Origin: Magallana gigas
Taxonomy: Eukaryota
Assembly: GCF_963853765.1 (NCBI RefSeq)
Contig: NC_088860.1
Span: 11,346,001 to 11,410,000, forward strand
DNA: 64,000 bases
Direction of reading: 5' to 3'
Shown piece after piece: positions 40,837 through 51,630 of this stretch. The translations under genes were made by a program, and so were the position numbers. The notes beneath the pieces were generated by a model. The model did not search any database, was not told where the DNA came from, and saw nothing but the letters and a program-made list of their open reading frames with translations. Numbering within the stretch: position 1 is the first letter of the stretch; each line of letters starts with the position of its first letter.

Positions 40837-42904
40837 ATTTTTTTATGGTTTCTATTATTTTCAATTTTAAAAAGTCATTTGGAAACCAATACTGTTGTAA
40901 AGCGCACTTTGATTGGGATTTGCTTATTTTTTTGTGACGGGGATTGCCCTCCAAAAATCCATACATTCTAAAAGAGTAAGAAACCAAAACAAAATTTAAA
41001 CTAATAGAAAGAAAGATAAACTTAATCATGTCAAATATTCATAATACGTACAATTTATTTGTTCATGTTACATACGAGACCGTTTGGACTGCATGAATTA
41101 TTGATATTTTCGCTTAATTCTCTTGGAGAAAAAGCCCAGATGAAATATTTAGAAAAAATGAGAACCTTGCTTTAAAAGAAATTTTAAATTTGTAGCCAAC
41201 TTGATTTCACTGAATAATGTATTCAGTAATTTTTTGTAGATGATGCAATTTAGGAGGAAGCACACAGTCTTAGAGTATGCACCAATAGCACGCCGTGGGT
41301 ACAGCGTTTGAGAAGCGAATCAAATCATGCTGCGGTTGCAACTTCACCACAGTTTTGTTTGTTTGCACCAACTAATTGTACTGTACATGTATTTGGTAAC
41401 TTTTTGGTGGATTGAAAAAGAGAAAATCGGATTTGCATTTATAGATGTTTATCACCACAGAATGCAATGTTTTTGTTTAGTCGCGTCTTATATTGATATA
41501 ATAAGTTATGCACCTGAAACAAAGAAGTTTTTCATTCATCCGTTGTTTTTTACGTATTTTAAGGAGTATCATGTATATAAATGCTGAATTCATTTATCAT
41601 GATGGATACAAATAAAGTTCAATATACCGGTATTTATATTTTTGGTTTTCATAATTTTTGCCAAAAGTATTAAATATAACACATTTCTCAAGCAAACGAA
41701 TTGCCCTTAAACTCGGCCATCCCTAACAGCTACAAAAAACAAAAACAAAAAAACTATGAATTGGGAGGTTTGTAGAGCAACTTGGCGCCATTTGGAAATT
41801 CAACATGCATCTAGGTGTCCGATACATCCCGTATGTATAAATGAACCATCCTTATGTAATAGTACACAATACTTGCAGGGACGTAAAACAGAGAGAGGGC
41901 ACTTTATTCTCAATAACTAGTATGCTGTTTCTTATATTTACCTAATAATATACGCTTTTTGTATTAAGCCAAAAGCCCAAGCCCCCTCCCCACAAACAAA
42001 CACCTTAAAAACAACGCAGTGCCATTCACATTATCTCCAAGTGACATTTACTAAAAAGAAATATTTTACTCCATGTACATATATTTGTATTTTTAAATCT
42101 ATTTTCCGTCGGTAAGATATCAACAGTCGAACACATGCATTTAATTTTGAATTTCTTTATGCGTATACCTAAAACTAATAATGTTCTTTTGTCATCACAA
42201 ACAATAAAAACACTCTCGACTAAAGAAACCTTTAAATAAACTTAAATACGTGAAGTAGTGCTTTCTTTCATATTTCATTGCCCTCAAACCAAAGAATTAA
42301 ATATATTCCGACAACTGTGCGCTTGCAATAAAGGCTAGAAACGCTTAACTCGGTATATTATTGAAAATATATGAAAGAAATCAGTTCAATAAAGAAAGTA
42401 AAGACAAATTTTTTTTTTTTGAAAAATCACTTTGTAAAACTTTGATAAAACAGTCTACTCCAAAATTCTTGTCAAGTTCAAATCCTCTATGACACATTTC
42501 TAAAATTTATATACTGCGGAATGTAGTTTACAACGCCAGCTGTCACATGTATCGTATATGTAAGCTCACTGCAATTTGAAAGCGATTCCAACCTTTGTTT
42601 CAAAACATCGCGGCTAAAGAAGTGACTTCTACACAGTGTTCAATATTTTTCCCTTATTAAACGAACATCACATTTATTTAATTGTTCCTCACAAACAAAG
42701 AAAATATTGTCAATAATATTGTCGTGTACAGTATATGTACATAACTTATAAAATCGATTTATGTATAAGATTTACTGCATAAATATGATACATTGGTCTT
42801 AAGTGCATCATTGCAACTAACTATACATTTAAATTCATTTTTATATAGTAAATTATATGCTATAGTCATATTTGTTTAAATGCCTAAAATCTACAGTAAG
42901 TTAT

Positions 42905-45900
42905 TTACACTGAATTTATAGAATCTCTTTTGTCTGTCCACATTTGTACCACACTGCTGTTGGCTGTTTTTCGTTGTTTCAGGAGATCATTAATCCGTCC
43001 ATCAAATAACCCGTATGTTCCTCCTACAATCCATGATTCAATTCAACAAAATGTACATTTATGTTAAAACAATGCTAAATTGCAGCCAAATTTTCCTTTA
43101 AAATTTTCTTCTTCGATCAAAATCTTACATCGAGATTTACAGTCCGACTTAGTTATCTCGAACCAGATGGGACTGTTTAAAAACTTCGAGATATCAGAGT
43201 ATTCGAGATATCGACGTTGAAATACTTAAAAAATAAGTGGTTAGGACTAACAAATCACTTCAACAATTCCCTTGTATTTGAGATATCAAAGTTCAAATGT
43301 GTATTTAAAACAATGCTGATATTGCGGCCAAATTTTCTGTTACAATTTTTTATTACTAGTATATAGTCTTCCACCAAAATCTGATATTGAGAAGAATCTT
43401 GTATTGTTGTACTGCATGGAAAGTGTGAGAACCTAACATTTTACCTGTTTGGATTATGAGAAAACATTTTACCTGAGTGTCGATAGTGAGGAAACTTAAG
43501 GACAGTGGAGATAGTAAGGAAGCCTTAGTTTGGTTTTCAGATAATAAGGGAAAAAAAATACCAATTTAAATAAGGAGCGAATATTACAGTTGAGAGAATA
43601 TATGTGTATGTGTGTATAATTTTAAAAAATCACATGATAGAAGAATAAAAAAACATCCATTTTCAAATCCTAGGAGTGAGGCAAGGGATGAATTAATATT
43701 GAGGAAATATTTTAGCTGAGTGGATTGTTAGAAACTGTGTATTGATGTGGACGGACGTTTATCTGATGTAGATAGTGGTAGATAGTGCTTTACCATTTTA
43801 TATACATGTAGTAAAAGAACATTATACCAGAGTATAGATAGTGAGAATATTGTATACATAATAATATCCATTTTCCATGAGACTTTGGATATTAGATTTA
43901 AGAAATCGTTTACCTGTGTGGATGAACAGGATTGTATTTCCCTTGAACCTGCTTGGATTGTTATTTAGCTCAGACACCAGCCCTCTCACTGCTTTTCCAG
44001 TGTATGTAGGATCTAGAACCACCCCTGTCGTGGCTCCAATATTCATTATGAATTCTACAGAAGAAATTGAAATGATTAAACTCAGAGCATTCCATAGCAC
44101 TACTTAAGTTTACTGCATTTCATAATCATATACCGGTACTGTATGTACATGTGTTTATGTTACAGCCTATACATGTATTTGGTAAATACATAAAATATGT
44201 CACACGAACCAAGTTCATCCTGCGTAGAGAGCCCGTAACCTCGGCCTTTGTAACCTTCTATGATGTCTAGAATTTCCTCTGATCTGACATCGGTCAATCC
44301 CAGTTCAGTCAGAGTCTCGTTGACATGATCATGGAAGTATTTAGCATCATCACATACAATCACAGCATGGACTCTACAAAATTTCCGCCCAGTGTCATTA
44401 ATTTAATATCAATTCAAAATTTTCACATACCTAGTATGTATAATATGTATGCCCAAAGTCAATTAATCAACAGGTTTGACAAATGTTTTCTTCATTAAAA
44501 TTGCCTTAAAAACTTAAAATATTTTTATCACTTGTAGTCCATCTCAGTCATTGTGAGATGTGAGTACATTTAACTAAAGATAATACCATTCTCTTTTATA
44601 TAATACTTTTATATCCAGACATAAATATGCAGGTACTGACTTGACCTTTGACCCTGTGAGATGATTGGCTATACAAAGTCCAGCAGCAGTTCCTCCACTC
44701 CCACATGTTACTACGATATCTGTGATATCTGATATCTGAAGATATAACATGTAACACAGGTCACTACAGAATCTGTGAAAGCTGATATCTGAGGATATAA
44801 CATATATTCAGGTCACTACGATATCTGTGCCATCTATGGATATAACATATAATACAGGTCACTACAATATCTGTGATATCTGATGATATAACATGTAACA
44901 CAGGTCACTACAAAATCTGTGAAAGCTGATATCTGAGGATATAACATATAATTCAGGTCACAACGATATCTGTGCCATCTATGGATATAACATATAATAC
45001 AGGTCACTACAATATCTTAAGATACAAAAAATAGAGACAGTATTTTTCTCTCCACTCTTTAAATGCTTATATATACAAATGCATCAAAATTAAAATTCAA
45101 AGCTGATTATGCCAAAACCAAAGGACAAGGAAGAAAATAGTTATATAGTAGTGTATTAAATGGGAGGATTTTTTATTGGATTAGGGAAAAGGTCTACTTT
45201 TTCTTGAACTCAAAGTGTTTACTCTTGGCTGTGTGGCCAGTCACTAGGGTCTAATAAGTCAACTGTTCTTTACACTTTTAAAAAATAGTTTGTTTTCGTG
45301 TTAGACCAGTACTGTATCACATACATGTAAATAAATTACACTGTTCCACCCTCAAGAAGTGACATCAAAGTTTATTCAACAATTATTATAATATGGTATG
45401 AACTGCATTACTTAATACATGTACATGTAGAATATATTACAATGTTTTAAATGTAAAGAACTTACAGAAGACTGTATATCATCAAAAACTGTCAGGAAAC
45501 CAAAAACTCCAATAGTATTAGATCCTCCCACAGGAATCAAATAACTCCCCTCTCCTGTTGTCTCTCTAAAAAATGTTTTCTACAACTTATACCTGGTTCA
45601 TGTATAAACAACTATTAAAGTATTACATTTACTTGACCCAAAGAGTTGCATCATATCAAAGTGCATTTGTAGAGAGATCTTCTGTAAACTAAGAAAGAAA
45701 AATTTGAACTGTTTATTTTAAAAATATATGTTTTATAGAAATACATTTTCATGGTATCCCAGATAAAACTTTTCCACCAACATGTACTTTTTAAGAATAT
45801 GTCAATTCAATACACTCAAAGTTACCGAATTACAAAAATGTTACCTAATAGTGTTGGCCAGTTTTTCCATCCTTGGTTTCAGTTCTGTGAGGTAGGGAGA

Positions 45901-47718
45901 GAGTCTAGGCACCATGTACATGTGAGCACCACACAGTCTGTTCAGTAAAACATTGCCTTCACAGCCAACCTCATCCACATTCTACCAAAACAATAAACAT
46001 CCTTCATTCTTTTTTTTCTTCATTAATATACTGCAAGAGTTTCTGGTCACAAATAAAAATACATTTTGAAAAATTATTCATAAGGTCAGTGCTGAGTGCC
46101 ATTTGTACCAAGTGCTTTTTTGAAATATTGTGATATGAATTTCTTCTGAGTGCAGAGTGCAAGACCAAGCAAATCATTTTTTTCCCAAAAATTGTAGTTG
46201 ATAATGCATTTAATCTCGTTTTATTACATTTGAATAGTAATTGAATTATTTTTAATATCTACAGTAAAACACACTTATAGCAGTCACATTTATAATGAAT
46301 TGACGCTAATTGCGAAATTATTTTCATTCCCCGTGGTTTTTAAACATAATTTGAAGCAAAATCGTTCCTACCTACCACTTCATTAAAAGCATGTTTTACT
46401 GTATTTTTCACATTATATTTTTTGTCCTTTTCTCTGCCCATGTCTGATACCTGTACATCCCCTCTAAGTACTAGATGTGGAGTCAGACCTAGCTCCCTGG
46501 CAGCAAGGGCTGTAATCCTGCAGTGATTGGACTGGATTCCACCACATGTTATCACATGTTTACACTCTGTATGTAAAGCATCAGCCAGCAAGAACTCCAG
46601 TTTTCTTATCTGTGAAAATAATGCATAATCTGTGTGTATATGTAGATTGTTTTCAACCAATAACATTTGTTATAAAAGATATTTCTCTAACTTAATTTCA
46701 CCTTGACACCAAATGGCAGTTACGATACAGCTTTCACCAAACTATATTGTGAAAATTGATCACTCCTCAAACAACATAATTACATCTAGTAAAGTTAATT
46801 CATCAAATTATTCTGTGTAATACAACAAAAACAAACATTACATGAAGAAGAAAAATATAGAAATAATCAAATTGAATATACATGCATTAACAAATCTTAT
46901 TTGAAAGTTAACAATACTGCTTATATACAAGCTGTACATTAACAGTATTATTAACTAACAGATGTAATTTGTTAATATATATTCAATTTGATTATATCTA
47001 CATTTTTCACCATGTAATGTTTGCTTTTTTCTGAGAGAGCATGGATTAGTGATCACCTTGTTTCCTGAGATTACTGCTCCATCTGTGTCTTCTCTTCTCA
47101 TGAACACCTTAAAGGAATCGGGAACACCAGGGAGGTTCCATAGATTTATTTGATTGTTTTTCACACTTAGCTGAAAACAAAAAATATGTATTTTGGAAAA
47201 CAAAAATAGAAAGTGGATTGGAAAAAATATGAATATTTTTTTTATTTAAATCATGTCAATATCTTGGCAAATATTTCATAATATGTACATATTAGTCTAA
47301 AATTCATTGTATGCCTGATTGTGCATTTCACTTAATTAAAACTTTAAATCATATTTGAAATTGGTATGTTATTTGGGTGATGTGTTAATATTATTAAAGT
47401 GGACAGACAAAGCTTTCGTCCACTTCAATCCGCTTCATTATTTCATTAAATAAGATTACCTACAGGAATGATAAACTTGGGGATGTTTCTGAGACCCTGA
47501 GCCCATGAGGGTGGAGAAAACCTCTTTAGTTTAGATAACGCCGAGGATAAAGCCATGTTATCCACATCATTCGCTAACGATTCTTCACCTGAAAAATATA
47601 TGAAAAAAATTAGGGAGTTCTATTGTCAAATAAGCCCAGTTACTGAACTGTGTCTAAATAATTACCATAGGCATAGTATTAAGTCCATAAAAATAAGTAA
47701 CTCACATTTCGACTCCAT
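42905..47718 (-). CDS. PLP-dependent D-cysteine desulfhydrase / ACC deaminase family protein, ~388 aa
   Basis: Exons 47718-47706, 47588-47464, 47170-47057, 46609-46451, 45981-45845, 45565-45466, 44735-44641, 44373-44210, 44054-43914, 43023-42905, phase-consistent. Motifs [12 protein letters not shown] (PLP lysine), [41 protein letters not shown]. Confidence 0.92.
44710..45017. repeat. Minisatellite of about six 46-53-bp units in a 3-monomer higher-order repeat x2, spanning an intron/exon junction of the desulfhydrase gene
   Basis: Units of the form actac(g/a)atatctgtg...gatataacat(g/a)taa(c/t)acaggtc, with monomer order A-B-C-A'-B'-C'. Confidence 0.93.
46262..46401. mobile_element. 140-bp TA-flanked MITE in a desulfhydrase intron
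   Basis: TA|CAGTAAAACA ... TGTTTTACTG|TA. Confidence 0.7.
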
Positions 47719-49297
47719 TTTATCGAACTGACCCCCACCCAACTGATAAGGCCGTGACCTACTTAAACAGAGTATTGAAATGACTAAACTCTATTAAGTG
47801 TATTGTTTAACTTATTGCCTACCTAGACCGGTACTCTTTTATGCATGTCATGATCGGAGTATATCTGCAACTGCTGGTATTGTAATGTCGTTTCCTGAAT
47901 TGTTGTTATTAATTTACAAATTCAGATAGGATATAATGTATGCCTACTAAATTTAAAGTTTATGTACAACTTTACTTTTTCCGGAAAGATTTGATACTAT
48001 CTAAACAGGTCGAGACCACTATATTTTGTGACGTCGGCATAAATTTGCATACTAAATTAGCCATCTGTTTACTTTTATCGACAAACCAATCAGATGAATG
48101 AGTTGCAAGGCATTGTGGGCTACTACAAGTTTCAGTGAATACAAAACGTATTGAAAATATATACCATTTTGAATTGTCCTTTGGAAACTCATTTTGAATG
48201 ATTTTTCAGAATTTATCAAATTAATATGGACAGTTATGTCTCAACTTCAATTTCTATGCTCACATTTAAAAAATATTGCATATGAGGACTTATATCAACC
48301 TATATAAATACCCCATTGTCACTGTTAAAAAGAGAGGTACGTCCTATAGAATTAGAAGCAGCGAGTACCGTTTTTTCACGTGATATCCCATATTTTAAGG
48401 CAACATTATTAGAATGCGCGTTGATATTTTCTTCAGGGACATTCATCAGAATGCTTAACGGACAAAATACTATATGCTGCACAGCTTGCGCTTCTGCATT
48501 TGTATATTTCTGCATTTCTACTACCGTGGCTATTCACGTATGTTAAAAATGTACAGTTATCTGTGTTTATTTCTAGTGCACAATGCTAAAGTCACCAATA
48601 CACAACTGTGCAGTTTTTTCTTATCAAAACCTGTTTGTACTTGTACATGCGTATGTTTGTCAGTCGTTTGATACTGATCATTTTTGAAGCAACAATTGAT
48701 CAACTAAAACAACAGTATTTTTCAATGTGAGCATGGAACAAAGTTAATGGTACGTAATCTTTCCTTTTTTACCTTCTAAAGTAAAAATCAAGATGTACAA
48801 ACATTCCGGCAAGCAATTAAATATTGTGAATAAAACAGACAAAAACCACGTGCGTCTGTTGAATCGTAAACACGTTGTAGACCGTCATGCATTGCAACTC
48901 ATTCACTGGATTGGAGAATCTGTTTGACGAAAATACTGTCACGTGTTAAATAATGCTATCCATATAAGGTAGTGTACCCGACCTGCTAAAGAAAAAAATA
49001 ACTATTGGAATATTTACTTTCATGATATACTTCCTTAAATTTGAAACATTTAGTGTGTCACTGGACTCAATGTCGGTAGCTCTGCGCTGTGCTTTGTTCT
49101 TTAATATGGAACGAATCTTCACAGTGTCTCTTTGTCAAATAGAACAATACGCATATTTAGTTTGCATGCAAAAAGCGTTTCGGTTACAAATTAACAATAG
49201 AAAGGTTTTAAAAAAACAACTTATTGACGGTTGAAACTTGGTTTATCTATCGCAGAAAAAAATGACGACAATTTAATGAAACAATTAAATACAGATC

Positions 49298-50707
49298 ATG
49301 AAGAGGGTTGAAAAGTCTCCGTATGCAGCCCGACCATCAATGACAATGCCAATTCAGAGGCCAAAGAACGTTAACATAGCCAAGGGTAAAGCAAGGAGAA
49401 TGCCTGTGAAAACCGTTAGTCCGAAACGAGAGGGAAATAGCCGTGAGGTTGGAGAAAAGCAAAATGGTAGAGACCAACAAGAGACTCAGGTGTTGTCAGG
49501 TCGGGAAACTACAGGAACAAAGACCTCAGAAGGAGATGTAGGGCACGCCAGTCAACGTACAGAAATGAGTTCGGCAGAAAACCAAGCCAATACGGAACCT
49601 TCGAGATGCGTATCAGAAACGAACTCGGAGGACAACAGAAAGCACAACACTGTAGTTCTTGAGAAAGAAACGGAGAGTAAGAAAGTTGAAGTTCAAAATG
49701 ATTCCACGCAAACAATAAATGAGGATACTGATTCCTCTGAAAAGTTTGAAGAGCCGAATGGTGATTTCCAAAGCAGTGACGTGAACAGCCTGGTGATAAA
49801 TGAGAGCCTGGTGTCTCCAAAAGCAAATTTCAATGCTCGTCTTGAGAAAGTGGATAGGAAAGAACCTCCCTTGTCCGAAATATGTACAGAGCACAATGAG
49901 ACGTTGATTATATTCTGTAGGGATTGCAAATTACCAGTTTGCACGGAATGCGTTAGGACAACACATAAAGAACATGAATGGATCCAGCTTCAAAAAGCTG
50001 GCCAACTCATGCGGAAGAAACTGGCTCAGCATCGAAAAGACATGGTCAAAACACATCTTCCAAACTTTATGGCATGTTTAGAAAAAGCCCGAATAGCGAA
50101 GGAAACGGTACAACGGCAAAGAAAAGAAAAAATGGAGGAAATTGTTGCTCAGAGAGACGAAATAATTTCGGCGGTCACTGGTCTTAGTCAAGTAATGTTG
50201 GACTCGTGCAATGAAGACTTAAAGATAAACGATGGAATTATAACGCAAATGGAAAATGACGTGGCCGAATTAGAAACGGTGGCATCTAAGTTGCAAGAAA
50301 GCACATTGAGTTGCGCGAGCGATACCGAAGCAATACAAATGGAAATCCGTTTATCATCCATTCTGCAGAAAACGGTCCCGGTCGATGTAGCCTTCAACAC
50401 AAAAATCTATTTCATACCAGGAGAAATCGACATTGATCAACTAGAAAATATGCTTGGAAAACTAACCGGCTTCGAACCTAAACAAGAAGCAGACGACACT
50501 TGTGCAAATCCTGACGTCACCAAATCCACACTGAGGTCACCACGGAGACCAATTCGACCTCTGAATGACTTTCAAAAATGTGTTCAGTGTAAACGGATGG
50601 TAAAGAATTTTGTGAAAGTTAAATACATGTGTGGACATAAAATTTGCAATTTCTGCTGGTTTGCGACCATGAACAGTACCCGTTGTCCAAACTGCAACTC
50701 TCTCTAG
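49298..50707 (+). CDS. Intronless B-box / coiled-coil protein with a C-terminal C3HC4 RING (TRIM-like, permuted order), 469 aa
   Basis: B-box CTEHNETLIIFCRDCKLPVCTECVRTTHKEH from 49883, a heptad-rich helical region, then C-x2-C-x13-C-x-H-x2-C-x2-C-x9-C-x2-C from 50579 to the stop. N-terminal ~190 aa are low-complexity and charged. Confidence 0.88.
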   Translation: MKRVEKSPYAARPSMTMPIQRPKNVNIAKGKARRMPVKTVSPKREGNSREVGEKQNGRDQQETQVLSGRETTGTKTSEGDVGHASQRTEMSSAENQANTEPSRCVSETNSEDNRKHNTVVLEKETESKKVEVQNDSTQTINEDTDSSEKFEEPNGDFQSSDVNSLVINESLVSPKANFNARLEKVDRKEPPLSEICTEHNETLIIFCRDCKLPVCTECVRTTHKEHEWIQLQKAGQLMRKKLAQHRKDMVKTHLPNFMACLEKARIAKETVQRQRKEKMEEIVAQRDEIISAVTGLSQVMLDSCNEDLKINDGIITQMENDVAELETVASKLQESTLSCASDTEAIQMEIRLSSILQKTVPVDVAFNTKIYFIPGEIDIDQLENMLGKLTGFEPKQEADDTCANPDVTKSTLRSPRRPIRPLNDFQKCVQCKRMVKNFVKVKYMCGHKICNFCWFATMNSTRCPNCNSL

Positions 50708-51630
50708 ATTGTATTATCCATCAGCTGACAGTTATTTTTTGCGATATTGTGTGTCTGAAGAATATGTACTGACAAAGCTAAAACGATTACCAAACCATCA
50801 ATGTAAATGTATTTTGTTGAGGAAGATATACAGTTGTGATGAAGTAACACGCACATAACGTAACGTCATATTTTCATTTAGAGTGTTTTTCATACACAGC
50901 TGATCACATGCGTATTCACCGATTTTAAGGCTCACTCAGTCAGTTTAGCAATTTCAACCTATATAACTTGTATAATAAATCAACTAAAGTGTTGTGCTGT
51001 TTCACAAGAAATTCGCCTTTTTTCTACTTACAGTCCATAAAATATACCTTAAAACTACTCTAATAAATGACACGTTGAAATAATTTTTTCATCTCAATTT
51101 ATTAATTTTTCATGATAAATGAATATATAGAGATGTACAATGTTTTGCTCCATGTCAAAATATGTCTCTAATGCGCAAGTAATTCTCAAACAACTGAGAA
51201 TCTATAGTGGTAAGCCTTATGTTTAGCTACTTCATTAAGGAAACATTTTCCCTCAACTTATGAATGGCAAATAATGTCTGTATTCACTCATGAAACAAAT
51301 AAATAAAATGAAAAATATTGACATAGCTTTCAGTCGTAATGCAAAACATGAGGTTGAAAAAGGTAAATAATTTGCAATAATGTATAACAGGACAAACAGC
51401 TGCTAACAAAGAAGTGAACCAGGTCCACTTCTATCATTTATAAAAACAGTGACTAAAAACGACCAGAAATATCGAACATAAAAGCTTAGTTCTTAGACCG
51501 CAGGAACTACAACCATAAAAAGTTCATGTAAATCTCCATCAAGTTGACACGATTCAGCACTGTTAATTTCTTTTTTTCTCTTCATTGGTTGGTCGAATTT
51601 ATATATTTGTTCTCCAATGATTGGTCAATG

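Noticed and set aside
44710-45017. CRISPR-like repeat array
   Set aside because: No unique spacers, units are degenerate copies of a splice junction, the context is eukaryotic and there are no cas genes.
45628-45680. Possible extra cassette exon in the desulfhydrase gene
   Set aside because: Weak donor, and the flanking exons already join in phase without it.
48300-48671. Overlapping 65-76-aa ORFs with nearby GT/AG sites between the desulfhydrase and TRIM-like genes
   Set aside because: No homology recognised. They could be 5' UTR exons of the TRIM-like gene, but this cannot be supported from sequence alone.
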